A stretch of 64,000 nucleotides of DNA from an uncultured Alphaproteobacteria bacterium (lineage in GTDB: Bacteria > Pseudomonadota > Alphaproteobacteria > Rhodobacterales > Rhodobacteraceae): positions 14,842-78,841 of the forward strand of contig CACBBC010000005.1 of NCBI GenBank assembly GCA_902537415.1, given 5' to 3'. The notes beneath the pieces were generated by a model that saw nothing but the letters and a program-made list of their open reading frames with translations, made no database searches and had not been told where the DNA came from. Positions 19,724-30,568 of the stretch are shown here, in pieces; the first letter of the stretch is position 1; every line of letters starts with the position of its first letter. Position numbers and translations under genes: made by a program.

Positions 19724-21181
19724 CTATATACTATCTATTATTTTTCGAACTATTTGTCTTTCTTGGATTACAGCTCTGGAGAGCCAAGATGACGATCCCT
19801 TTGGCTTTTCAAAGTTATTGCTAGAGTTTTCTTTTCTTTTTTTTAAATCAGCTGAAAATATGGAAAATGCCATCACGGGAATATCCTCCTTACATACGTA
19901 TCCTGCTAATCCTCTAATATAATGCATGGTTCCAGATTTACCTTTAACCGTTATATTGCCAATCGAGTTAACTTTTCCTTTTGATGTGTAAATTGGAATA
20001 CGTTTTAAAACTGGCAAAAGACTCTTTTGAACATTGTCTTGCATTAAAAACCTTCTAAAATCTTCTGAGGTGGAAAAACTACCTGCAGATAACCCACTAT
20101 GATTTAGGAATAAAGAGTTTTGTTTGCCAATGATGTTACGAAACCATCTGGTCATAATTATGGCAGACTGGTCAAGGTCATAAAGATTTTCTGAAACGAG
20201 TCTGCTTGTAATGAGTCCGAGTGACTCTGTAACCATATTCTTTGAGTATTTTAATGCGCTTTTCAATATTATTTTGTTATCGACAGAGTAGTGTGTACAC
20301 AGTAGCCTACTATTCTCGGATACTTTTTTTCTGCTTATATTCGTAATCTCAATACCTCTATCAACCAGAAGCTGTTTCAAAGCTTCGGTAGCATAGTAGG
20401 AACTTTCTCGAACTGGTAACCATCGACTACCTTTTTTACCTAATATCCTCCTATTTACCGACCATTTCTCAACGAATTTCTTCTCACCAAGCTCATAATC
20501 ATATACTGGACCTTTATTGTTTTCTAAATCAATGGTGATATTTGTTACTTGTGCAATATTTTTTAAGCCTGGAGCAGTTAGTGATGTCTTATATTTCTCC
20601 TTTTCCAACCTTTTCCACTTAAATAGAATGCGGTTCTCATTAAGATTAATCGCTCCCATACCTGGATTATATGCATACTGAGGAAGCTGATTCCTATTTA
20701 TGTAATTTATGTCAGGCAGATAGCTATTATCGTAGAAAAGGCTTCCATCAACTTTTGTTACATCCAAATTTTTAACAGAGTCAATAAAAACGGAAAGATC
20801 ATCCGTTTTTAGCGTAGGGTCTCCGTAACCTTTAAGGTATAAATCACCATGCAGTATATTGTCTTTTATAAATCCATCAATGAACAATTCAGTTTTAAAT
20901 CTGTCAAGTTTGTGATTATTAAGATAATAAAATGCAGTCACCATTTTAGTAACGGAAGCAATAGGTAACCTAAGTTTCTCATTATGCCGACCAACAAGCT
21001 TATTCGATCTAAGGTCTACTGCCATAAAACTTGTATTATTTTCAAAGCCAGATTTTTTAATTAAATTGGTAAAAATATTTGTTGTTTTTGCTAAAGCATT
21101 TGAGGGAATGAAGCCTGTAAGTGCCGATAAAGCACTCAACTTAATAAATCTTCTTTTACTAAGCATTTGATCTAAGATCAC
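19724..21181 (-). CDS. dacB: D-alanyl-D-alanine carboxypeptidase/endopeptidase (PBP4, peptidase S13)
   Basis: 485 aa with a signal peptide, SxxK (SVTK) and a KSG box (KGKSGTM). Length is PBP4-like. Confidence 0.75.
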   Translation of the reverse strand: MILDQMLSKRRFIKLSALSALTGFIPSNALAKTTNIFTNLIKKSGFENNTSFMAVDLRSNKLVGRHNEKLRLPIASVTKMVTAFYYLNNHKLDRFKTELFIDGFIKDNILHGDLYLKGYGDPTLKTDDLSVFIDSVKNLDVTKVDGSLFYDNSYLPDINYINRNQLPQYAYNPGMGAINLNENRILFKWKRLEKEKYKTSLTAPGLKNIAQVTNITIDLENNKGPVYDYELGEKKFVEKWSVNRRILGKKGSRWLPVRESSYYATEALKQLLVDRGIEITNISRKKVSENSRLLCTHYSVDNKIILKSALKYSKNMVTESLGLITSRLVSENLYDLDQSAIIMTRWFRNIIGKQNSLFLNHSGLSAGSFSTSEDFRRFLMQDNVQKSLLPVLKRIPIYTSKGKVNSIGNITVKGKSGTMHYIRGLAGYVCKEDIPVMAFSIFSADLKKRKENSSNNFEKPKGSSSWLSRAVIQERQIVRKIIDSI

Positions 21182-21761
21182 TTGAGGAAAGATTTAGTCT
21201 TTTTGAGTCCACAATGCACCATATTGGAGGCTTAAAATGCTGTAGTTGTGTCGATTGCCCACTTATAAGTCTAAAACTCCTATACTTCAAAGCAAAAGTT
21301 GATGAATTCACCAATGATCTACTGTTCCCTCTGGCTACCACAGCAATTCTCACGTTATTAGCTATCCATTTCCAGTTTTTCCAAAGATGGAAATGAATAA
21401 TATTATCTTCACCCATCACCCAAATAAATTTTATATGTCTATGTCTTTTTTTTATAAACTTCAAAAGCTGGAAACTGTACTGAAAATTGTGTCTTATCTC
21501 AATTGAGGAAAGTTTAATATTGGGTGATTCAACCAGTTTTTTGGTTTCCTCGACCCTATCATGAAAACTCGATGGACTTACTTTTTTAAGAGGATTTTTT
21601 TTTGTGTAGACCCAATATATCTGTCCTAGATCAAACATTCTTAAGGATACTTTGCTTATATGAACATGGCCTAGGTGAGGAGGGTTGAATGAACCTCCTA
21701 ATATCCCTATAGACCTTCTATACCCAATCCTACCAAGCATTGCCTCCAGCCCTAGTTGCAA
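21159..21761 (-). CDS. nadD: nicotinate-nucleotide adenylyltransferase
   Basis: 200 aa with the GGSFNPPHLGHVHI nucleotidyltransferase motif. It overlaps dacB by 23 nt. Confidence 0.8.
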   Translation of the reverse strand: MQLGLEAMLGRIGYRRSIGILGGSFNPPHLGHVHISKVSLRMFDLGQIYWVYTKKNPLKKVSPSSFHDRVEETKKLVESPNIKLSSIEIRHNFQYSFQLLKFIKKRHRHIKFIWVMGEDNIIHFHLWKNWKWIANNVRIAVVARGNSRSLVNSSTFALKYRSFRLISGQSTQLQHFKPPIWCIVDSKRLNLSSSDLRSNA

Positions 21762-21826
21762 GTCTTTTTTACTCCTTCAATAAAAAACATATGACAAAAC
21801 GATAATACTATTATAGCAATTAGGAC

Positions 21827-23494
21827 ATGAGTTCATACCAATATATATATACGCTAAAAGAATTGACGAAAACCTTCCCAAATGGGAAAAAGTGCTTTGA
21901 AAATATAACATTATCATTTTTGCCTGGCGTTAAAATTGGTTTGGTGGGAGTGAATGGTGCTGGGAAATCAACTCTATTAAAAATAATGGCAGGAATAGAA
22001 AGAGAATTCAACGGTGAAGCTTACCCAGCTCAAGGCATAAAAGTAGGTTACCTTCCACAAGAACCAAAGCTCGACGAAAGCAAAACCGTAAGAGAGAATG
22101 TTTTAGCGTCTGTATCCAACAAAAAATCACTTCTTGATCAGTTTAATAACTTAGCCGCATCACTAGCAGATGATTACTCAGATGAAAAAATGACAGAAAT
22201 GACACAGCTTCAAGATGAAATTGACTCACTCCAAATTTGGGATATCGACTCAAAAGTTGATATGGCTATGGGGGCATTGAGATGTCCTGATGACTCCTCG
22301 CTTGTTTCTACACTATCTGGAGGTGAGATTAGAAGAGTTGCCTTATGCAAGTTACTACTGGAAGAACCTGATTTGCTTTTACTAGACGAACCTACCAACC
22401 ATCTAGATGCAGAAACGGTAAGTTGGCTTCAACAACATTTGATAGCTTATAAAGGTACAATCTTGATTGTAACTCATGACAGATATTTTCTAGATCAAAT
22501 CACTGGGTGGATACTGGAACTTGATAGAGGAAAAGGTTTTCCTTTCGAAGGAAATTATTCTAGCTGGTTAGAAAATAAAAGTACGAGACTAGAATTGGAA
22601 GAAAAAACTGAAAAAGCTAAAAATAACATATTAAAAAAAGAGCTTGATTGGATTAGACAAGGAGCTAAAGCTAGGCAGGCTAAACAGAAGGCTAGAATTA
22701 GTGCTTATCAGGATTTGCTGAATGAAGATAAAAAAGAAAAAATATCAACTTCCCAAATTATAATTCCCAATGGCTCACGTTTAGGCTCAAAAGTTATAGA
22801 TGCTGAAAAGATAACAAAAACTTTTGAGAATAAAATGCTATTTGAGGACTTTAGTTTTTCTATTCCTCCAGGAGCGATTATAGGAGTAGTGGGCGCTAAT
22901 GGTGCTGGAAAATCAACTCTTTTAAAAATTTTAACAGGCGGCGACTCTCTCACTAGCGGTCACATTAGTATTGGAGAGACCGTTGAGTTAAGTTATGTCG
23001 ATCAAAGTAGAGATAAGCTCGATGATAGAAAGACTGTATGGGAAGAAATTTCAGGTGGCTTAGACATAATTGAATTGGGTGATTTGGAAGTAAATTCCAG
23101 AGCATATGTTGGTGCATTCAATTTTAAAGGCCCTGACCAACAGAAACGAGTAGGTCAATTGTCAGGTGGAGAACGAAACAGAGTACATCTTGCAAAATTA
23201 CTTAAATCAGGCGGAAATGTATTATTATTAGATGAACCGACTAACGATCTCGACATTGAAACACTTCGTGCACTTGAAGAAGCTATACTAGATTTTGCAG
23301 GCTGCGTAATAGTTGTATCACATGACAGATTCTTCATGGATAGACTGTGCACACATATCCTAGGCTTTGAGGGAGAGAGCAATATGACATTCTTTGAAGG
23401 TAACTTTAATGATTACGAAGATGATAAAAAAAGAAGGTTGGGAGATGCTGCGGTTATTCCTCAAAGAGTCAAATACAGGAAATTCTCAACTTAG
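21827..23494 (+). CDS. ettA: energy-dependent translational throttle protein EttA (ABC-F)
   Basis: 555 aa with two ABC cassettes (GVNGAGKST, GANGAGKST) and no TM domain. The N-terminus is collinear with EttA. Confidence 0.85.
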   Translation: MSSYQYIYTLKELTKTFPNGKKCFENITLSFLPGVKIGLVGVNGAGKSTLLKIMAGIEREFNGEAYPAQGIKVGYLPQEPKLDESKTVRENVLASVSNKKSLLDQFNNLAASLADDYSDEKMTEMTQLQDEIDSLQIWDIDSKVDMAMGALRCPDDSSLVSTLSGGEIRRVALCKLLLEEPDLLLLDEPTNHLDAETVSWLQQHLIAYKGTILIVTHDRYFLDQITGWILELDRGKGFPFEGNYSSWLENKSTRLELEEKTEKAKNNILKKELDWIRQGAKARQAKQKARISAYQDLLNEDKKEKISTSQIIIPNGSRLGSKVIDAEKITKTFENKMLFEDFSFSIPPGAIIGVVGANGAGKSTLLKILTGGDSLTSGHISIGETVELSYVDQSRDKLDDRKTVWEEISGGLDIIELGDLEVNSRAYVGAFNFKGPDQQKRVGQLSGGERNRVHLAKLLKSGGNVLLLDEPTNDLDIETLRALEEAILDFAGCVIVVSHDRFFMDRLCTHILGFEGESNMTFFEGNFNDYEDDKKRRLGDAAVIPQRVKYRKFST

Positions 23495-24838
23495 CCGATA
23501 TCTTTGTATTTTTTGCATTAAAGGAAAAAGCTTCTTCATATCAGGTCCATCGCTCTTTCCCGTAAGGAAATAACGAAGAGGCATAAACAAATTTTTACCT
23601 GATCTTCCAGTTAAATTATTTAACTTATCCGTTAATGTTTTCCAGCTGTCATTGTCGCGTGGATATTCACCAATTAAGGTCATTGCTACTTCAATGAATT
23701 GCTTGTCTTCAGGGGCTATTATCGGGTTATTAGTGCCCTCTTTACATAGTTTCCATATCTCAACTAAGTCGTCCTTAGAGTTTATATTGTCTTTTGCCAT
23801 TATCCAAAAATTTTCTTTTATATTGTCTGGAACACCAATCAGGTCAAGATAGGGAAAAATTTCGCTAACAGACAAATTGGCTATAAGTTTACGAGAAATG
23901 GTTTGTAAAACTTCCTTTTCAAATTTGACCGGAGCTGTACTAAATTTTCTTAATTCGAATTTTGGGGTTAACTCATCAATATTATTTTTTAAGTCGAGGC
24001 CATCTCCAGTCCCCAGAGAAACTAATTTCGAAACAATAGCTCCTGCTTCTATTCCTGCTTCTTTTAAACTTTTAATTGATAAACTACCGCTTCTCTTGGA
24101 AAAATTCTCTCCAGAATTATCTACAATCAAAGAGTGGTGTCCAAAAACTGGCAGACCTGCAGATAAACTCCTAAAAACTTCTATTTGAACTGCCGTATTA
24201 GTCAAATGATCAATACCTCTAACGACGTCAGTAACACCAAAATCTGAGTCATCAATAACGGAAGCTAAAGTATAGAGAAACTGACCATTTCCCTTAACCA
24301 ATATAGGGTCTGACACTACAGAAGTCCGGACATTTATTTCTCCTGCAATTTCATCTCTCCAAGTTACAGTTTCACCGTTCAACAAAAATCGCCAATAACT
24401 GTCAGTTTTGTCTCTCAAAGCATTTTTCTCCGCAACATTCAATTTTAAGGCTGCTCTATCATATACTGGAGGCTTGCCCTGATTATGCTGCTTTTTCCTT
24501 TTAAGCTCCAACTCTAAAGAAGTTTCAAAACACTCATAAACTACTTTTTGCTCTTTAAATTTATTTAACACCTCTCTATATCTTTCTATTCTAAAAGACT
24601 GCTGTTCAACTCTATCCCAATTTATTCCTAACCACTCCAAATCTCTCTTTATTTGATCAATAAAATGCTGAGAAGATCTTTCCGTATCCGTATCATCCAA
24701 TCTTAGAATAAACTCAGCACCAACTTTTTTTGCTTGCAAGTAATTGAACAAAGCTGTTCTGATATTTCCAACATGCAAATAACCTGTGGGAGACGGAGCA
24801 AATCTCAAAACTCTTTTTGTCAAATCTAATCTCTCCAA
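23486..24838 (-). CDS. gltX: glutamate--tRNA ligase
   Basis: 450 aa with a HIGH motif (PSPTGYLHVGN) and a KMSKS-like motif (FSKRSGS). Confidence 0.85.
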   Translation of the reverse strand: MERLDLTKRVLRFAPSPTGYLHVGNIRTALFNYLQAKKVGAEFILRLDDTDTERSSQHFIDQIKRDLEWLGINWDRVEQQSFRIERYREVLNKFKEQKVVYECFETSLELELKRKKQHNQGKPPVYDRAALKLNVAEKNALRDKTDSYWRFLLNGETVTWRDEIAGEINVRTSVVSDPILVKGNGQFLYTLASVIDDSDFGVTDVVRGIDHLTNTAVQIEVFRSLSAGLPVFGHHSLIVDNSGENFSKRSGSLSIKSLKEAGIEAGAIVSKLVSLGTGDGLDLKNNIDELTPKFELRKFSTAPVKFEKEVLQTISRKLIANLSVSEIFPYLDLIGVPDNIKENFWIMAKDNINSKDDLVEIWKLCKEGTNNPIIAPEDKQFIEVAMTLIGEYPRDNDSWKTLTDKLNNLTGRSGKNLFMPLRYFLTGKSDGPDMKKLFPLMQKIQRYRLS

Positions 24839-26487
24839 TGGTTTACTATTGGTATACGTCTACCAAGCGAAAAGGGCCTCCTAGATATTTTGGGTCCAGG
24901 ACAGGCTTGATATCTTTTGTATTCACTCAAGTAAAGAAGATTTTTAACCTTTACAACTGTCTTTTCTAAAAAGCCTTTGTTAACAACTTCCTGAACCGCT
25001 AGATCATCCTCGATAAGATACTCCAAAATGGTATCAAGTTCATCATAACTTGGTAGAGAGTCAGTATCTTTTTGATCGAAGGCTAACTCAGCAGAAGGCT
25101 CTTTAAGTAAAATATTTTCGGGAATGGGTTTTTCCACTCTAAACTCATCGGTTTTAGCGACAAGATTTCTCCATTTACTCAGTTTGTAAACTTTTGTCTT
25201 ATATATATCTTTAAGAGGATTGTAAGCCCCTGCCATATCGCCATAAATAGTTGAGTAACCCACTGCAATTTCAGACTTATTACCAGTAGACAAAAGCAGG
25301 TGCTTTTCTTTATTCGAAAATGCCATCAACAAAACAGCTCTTAATCTGGATTGGATATTCTCTTCTGTTACATCTCTTTTCTTACCTTGGAACAACCGTG
25401 ATAAACGTTGATCCACTTTGTCTATAATCTCTTGTATACCTATTGTCTCAAGCGTAATGCCAAGATTTTCAGACAACTGTTTTGCATCATCTAAGGAAGC
25501 ACTCGAATTAAACTTTGAAGGCAATGCCAAACAGACTACGTTCTCGGCGCCCAATGCATCCACCGCCATAACCGCTACAAGGGCACTATCGATTCCTCCT
25601 GACAAGCCAATAACAACTTTGTGAAAATTTGACTTCAAAACATAATCTCTTAGCCCAAGCACAACAGCCTTATAGTCTTGGCTTTCACCAGAACCAATTT
25701 CCGCTACTAATTCAGGTAATGGAACCCAACCGTTTTTTCTCTGCTCAAAAATAACTTGCTCAGTTTTTTCTAAAAACTGTGGAAATTGACAGACAATAGT
25801 ACCTCTATTGTCATATACAAATGAGCCACCATCAAATACTAAATCATCTTGGCCACCAACCAAATTTAAGTAAATGATAGGTAGGTTAGACTCCTCACAT
25901 CGACTTTTAATTATCTGCTGTCTTTCAGATAGTTTGTTGGATTCATATGGCGAACCGTTGGGAATAATTATTATATCGGCTCCCATATCTTTAAGTTTGG
26001 AAATGATATCTGGATGCCACGCATCTTCACATATAGGAAACCCAATCTTTAGTGTACCTAGATCTAAGAGTTCTAATTCATTTCCTGCGACGAAAAACCT
26101 TTTCTCGTCAAAAACATCATAGTTAGGCAAGTGCGATTTCTTGCTGACTATTTTTATAAATCCTTTGTGAATAGAGATAAATGCATTATAAATCTTTCCA
26201 TCCAAAAGCCATGGACCTCCAATTAAAATTCTAACACCAAGACTCTTTGTTTTCTGAGCAATTTGTTGAACCTGAATAGAGATATTTTCCAAAAAAGAAC
26301 GTTTAGAAACGAGATCCAGAGGCTGGTATCCACTTAGAAACATTTCAGGAAAAACTATCAGATCTGATCCTTTTTTTTCTGCCTCATTAGCTTTGGTCAA
26401 AACACATTCCGAATTGAGATCTATTCCTCCAACGGTAGGATTAGACTGGACTAAAGAAATTTTAAGCTGATAAACACTCATCACCAA
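24826..26487 (-). CDS. nadE: NAD+ synthase (glutamine-hydrolysing)
   Basis: 553 aa with an N-terminal CN-hydrolase domain and a C-terminal PP-loop (GLSGGIDSA). Confidence 0.85.
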   Translation of the reverse strand: MVMSVYQLKISLVQSNPTVGGIDLNSECVLTKANEAEKKGSDLIVFPEMFLSGYQPLDLVSKRSFLENISIQVQQIAQKTKSLGVRILIGGPWLLDGKIYNAFISIHKGFIKIVSKKSHLPNYDVFDEKRFFVAGNELELLDLGTLKIGFPICEDAWHPDIISKLKDMGADIIIIPNGSPYESNKLSERQQIIKSRCEESNLPIIYLNLVGGQDDLVFDGGSFVYDNRGTIVCQFPQFLEKTEQVIFEQRKNGWVPLPELVAEIGSGESQDYKAVVLGLRDYVLKSNFHKVVIGLSGGIDSALVAVMAVDALGAENVVCLALPSKFNSSASLDDAKQLSENLGITLETIGIQEIIDKVDQRLSRLFQGKKRDVTEENIQSRLRAVLLMAFSNKEKHLLLSTGNKSEIAVGYSTIYGDMAGAYNPLKDIYKTKVYKLSKWRNLVAKTDEFRVEKPIPENILLKEPSAELAFDQKDTDSLPSYDELDTILEYLIEDDLAVQEVVNKGFLEKTVVKVKNLLYLSEYKRYQACPGPKISRRPFSLGRRIPIVNHWRD

Positions 26488-26617
26488 CGATCCAAAATAA
26501 ATTTGCTGTTTTCCTAATTTTAGTTAAAATGGCACTCGAAGTCTATCTAGTTTTGATGATGTGCAGAAGTATTGAAGGGTTTTCCTTCAGTTTGAAATCG
26601 AAACTTCAGAAGCAAAA

Positions 26618-28060
26618 ATGTACTCGGAGGTTCTATTGAAAATTTATACTGGGAAGTTGTGGTCACTAGTAGTTTTGATATTTATTTTGCAAAATCCAGC
26701 AGCAACTTTAGCTCAAGATCAAGTCAAACAATATGATGAAGGTAGCGTTTATGAAGGATCGTTTAAAAATGGGCTAAGAAATGGTTTAGGGAAATATACG
26801 ATGCCGGATGGTTTTACATATGAAGGAGAATGGAAAGACGATCAGATTCAAGGAAAGGGAGTTGCCAGATATCCAACTGGTCAAATTTTTGAAGGCTTTT
26901 TCGAGCAAGGTGTACCCGATGGAGAAGGAACGATGACTTTTTCGGACGGAACAAAATATGAAGGAAGCTGGCTAGACGGTAAAATGGAGGGCGATGGTGT
27001 GCTTTCTATGACAGATGGCTCAATATTTAAAGGAAAATTCTCTAATAATAATCGAGACGGTTATGGAGAGATGAATTATTCAGATGGTTCCATTTTTAGA
27101 GGTAATTGGAAAAATAACGAAAAACAGGGTAACGGAACATTAATTTATGCAGATAACTCTACTTATGAAGGAAATTGGGAAAAAGGTCTGCAGCAAGGGT
27201 TTGGCAAACTGACTACAAAAGATGGAGTAGTTCTCGAGGGAGAATGGAAAAACGGAAAAATTAATGGAATTGGAAAACTTATCCAGTCAAATGGAGATAG
27301 ATATGAAGGTAGATTAGTAAACTGGAAGAGAAATGGTAAAGGAGTATCGATCTACACCACTGGGGAAAAGTATGATGGAAATTTCAAAGATGACCTAAGA
27401 CATGGACAAGGTATTCTTACAGGTCTAGACGGCTTCAGATATGAGGGGAATTGGTTGCTCGGGAAAATGAATGGATCTGGTAAAATCACGTATTCTTCAG
27501 GGTCTGAGTATGAGGGAAATTTTAAAGATAATCAACCAAACGGAATAGGCAAAATTTTCTTCAGTGATGGAGGTTCGTATGAGGGCTCTTGGGTTAATGG
27601 AGTTATTGAAGGTAAAGGTACAGCAAAATATGCTAATGGATTAGTGTATGAAGGTGAATTTTCCCGTGGAAAAAACAACGGTTTTGGAACGATGACTTAC
27701 TCGGATGGTTACGTATATAAAGGGAATTGGAAAAACGGAATTCAAGAAGGAGAGGGAGAAGAAATATTTCCAAACGGTACCGTTTATAAAGGCACATTTA
27801 AAAATAATCAAAGACATGGAAAAGGAAGCATGGAAATGGAAGATGGCTTCTCATATAGTGGAGACTGGGTATCTGGGGAGATGAGTGGAAAAGGCATTGC
27901 CATCTATGCTAACGGAGATAGATATGAGGGCTACTTTCTTAATGGTAAGAGAGAAGGAAAAGGTGTCATGACGTTCCAAGATGGAAAGATAATTGATGCT
28001 ATTTGGAAAGATGGTAAAGAGATACAGACAGATCCAAGCAGTTCAATTGATAGAGACTAA
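26618..28060 (+). CDS. MORN-repeat protein with N-terminal signal/anchor sequence
   Basis: 480 aa. After a hydrophobic N-terminus there are about 18-19 consecutive 23-aa units of the form YEGxWxxGxxxGxGxxxxxxG. Confidence 0.8.
   Translation: MYSEVLLKIYTGKLWSLVVLIFILQNPAATLAQDQVKQYDEGSVYEGSFKNGLRNGLGKYTMPDGFTYEGEWKDDQIQGKGVARYPTGQIFEGFFEQGVPDGEGTMTFSDGTKYEGSWLDGKMEGDGVLSMTDGSIFKGKFSNNNRDGYGEMNYSDGSIFRGNWKNNEKQGNGTLIYADNSTYEGNWEKGLQQGFGKLTTKDGVVLEGEWKNGKINGIGKLIQSNGDRYEGRLVNWKRNGKGVSIYTTGEKYDGNFKDDLRHGQGILTGLDGFRYEGNWLLGKMNGSGKITYSSGSEYEGNFKDNQPNGIGKIFFSDGGSYEGSWVNGVIEGKGTAKYANGLVYEGEFSRGKNNGFGTMTYSDGYVYKGNWKNGIQEGEGEEIFPNGTVYKGTFKNNQRHGKGSMEMEDGFSYSGDWVSGEMSGKGIAIYANGDRYEGYFLNGKREGKGVMTFQDGKIIDAIWKDGKEIQTDPSSSIDRD
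26741..28030 (+). repeat. coding tandem periodicity (69 nt = 23 aa) of the MORN units
   Basis: The YEG/YKG...G.G pattern recurs every 23 residues through nearly the whole ORF. The repeat units are diverged at the nucleotide level. Confidence 0.7.
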
Positions 28061-28127
28061 TTTTCAAATGTTTAATTTGAAAGTTGATAAATTTTGATAA
28101 ATCAATATAAGTGATAAAAAATTATAG

Positions 28128-29177
<1,050 letters not shown>

Positions 29178-29197
29178 AAGCTTATTTATTAAGGAAA

Positions 29198-30058
29198 ATG
29201 GCTAATAAGTCTAAACCCTATAGATCTAAGTCATGGAGCATACCAATTACTACATTTATATTTGTATGCCTCACTCTTATTTTTATTTTGTGGCGAGTAG
29301 ATAATACTAGAACAGAGCTAATAAGAACAAAAATCATTGATTTTGTTTCCCCCCTTACAATACCTCTAAACTACCCGATTAAAGTGGTTGGGGACTTAGT
29401 AACGTATTTTGAAATTTACTCAACACTTTTAGAAGAGAATAAAGAACTTAAGAGAGATCTGCAGAATATGACTGGTTGGAAAGAAAAAGCCTTACAGCTG
29501 GAACAAAAAAATGCACAGCTCAGAGCGTTAAATAATGTAAAGCTGAGTGAAGATCTCATATGGGTAACAGGAGAAATGATGGCTGACAGTGGTAGTCCCT
29601 TTTATCAATCGGGTGTTATAAATATTGGATCGAAGGATGGGATAAAAAATGGCTCTGCGGCGGTAGACGGGCTTGGGCTTGTTGGTCGAATTTCTGGCGT
29701 TGGACAGAAGGTCGCTAGGGTATTATTTTTAACGGACATTTCCTCTGCAATACCCATAAAGATAAAGCGAAGTAACCAAAAAGGTCTTATGATCGGAGAT
29801 AATAGTCCATGGCCTTTGTTAGAGTTTGTTGAGGAAAAAGGTCTTATTAATATTGGGGATAGGGTATTCACGTCAGGTGACGGCAATGTTTTCCCCTCCG
29901 ATATTCTTATAGGAACTATCTTGATTGATAATAAAAAAAAGTTGAGAGTAAAGCCAGTTGCTAATTTTGAGTCTTTGGAATTTCTGCGAATTTTGAACAC
30001 AAAAAAAATAGTTGTGGACTGGACAGAACCCGACTTGGTAGGAATGGAAAATTTTTAG
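29198..30058 (+). CDS. mreC: rod shape-determining protein MreC
   Basis: 286 aa with an N-terminal TM helix, a coiled-coil (LQLEQKNAQLRALN) and a beta-rich C-terminal domain. It sits between mreB and mreD. Confidence 0.8.
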   Translation: MANKSKPYRSKSWSIPITTFIFVCLTLIFILWRVDNTRTELIRTKIIDFVSPLTIPLNYPIKVVGDLVTYFEIYSTLLEENKELKRDLQNMTGWKEKALQLEQKNAQLRALNNVKLSEDLIWVTGEMMADSGSPFYQSGVINIGSKDGIKNGSAAVDGLGLVGRISGVGQKVARVLFLTDISSAIPIKIKRSNQKGLMIGDNSPWPLLEFVEEKGLINIGDRVFTSGDGNVFPSDILIGTILIDNKKKLRVKPVANFESLEFLRILNTKKIVVDWTEPDLVGMENF

Positions 30059-30067
30059 TATTAGAAA

Positions 30068-30568
30068 ATGAAATTTTATCAATCGAATCTTTTGACTAAT
30101 ACTCTTGTTTTTGCTTTGGGACTTTTATTTATTATTTTCCCTACCGCATTAACAAGTAAGGGTTTGAACAACACTAACTCATTTTACCCAGATCTTTTTT
30201 TATGCTTAATCTTTGCTTCTGCTTTAAATAGACCAAAGATAATAAACTTGTATGCAATTTTGACATTATTGCTCTTTTCAGATGTTCTACATATGAAGCC
30301 TATCGGACTATTTACAATTCTCATGTTTACGAGTCTTGTAATTATAAGACGCTATAAAATACAAATAGAGCAGTTACCATTCTACATTCATTATTTGATA
30401 TTTTTGATCTTGCTCTCTTGTGTTCAAACACTCAATCTTTTCCTACACCACTTATTATTTTTACCAAAACTTAGCTTGCTTACAATTGTCAATCAGACAA
30501 TTTTTACTTTAATTTGCTATCCCTTATTTGATATACCTTATAAATTGGTAAGAGCGAATAAAAGATAA
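30068..30568 (+). CDS. mreD: rod shape-determining protein MreD
   Basis: 166 aa polytopic membrane protein in the canonical position between mreC and mrdA. Confidence 0.6.
   Translation: MKFYQSNLLTNTLVFALGLLFIIFPTALTSKGLNNTNSFYPDLFLCLIFASALNRPKIINLYAILTLLLFSDVLHMKPIGLFTILMFTSLVIIRRYKIQIEQLPFYIHYLIFLILLSCVQTLNLFLHHLLFLPKLSLLTIVNQTIFTLICYPLFDIPYKLVRANKR

Noticed and set aside
23486-23494. 9-nt convergent overlap of the ettA and gltX stops. Other short overlaps include nadD/dacB (23 nt), gltX/nadE (13 nt) and 2-hydroxyacid dehydrogenase/Mrp (4 nt)
   Set aside because: These fit the generally compact gene packing of the window, and nothing suggests a regulatory role.
26741-28030. 69-nt periodicity that could be taken for a non-coding tandem repeat or array
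   Set aside because: The periodicity is protein-level (MORN units) inside one uninterrupted ORF. The units are diverged at the DNA level, and there is no spacer/repeat alternation.
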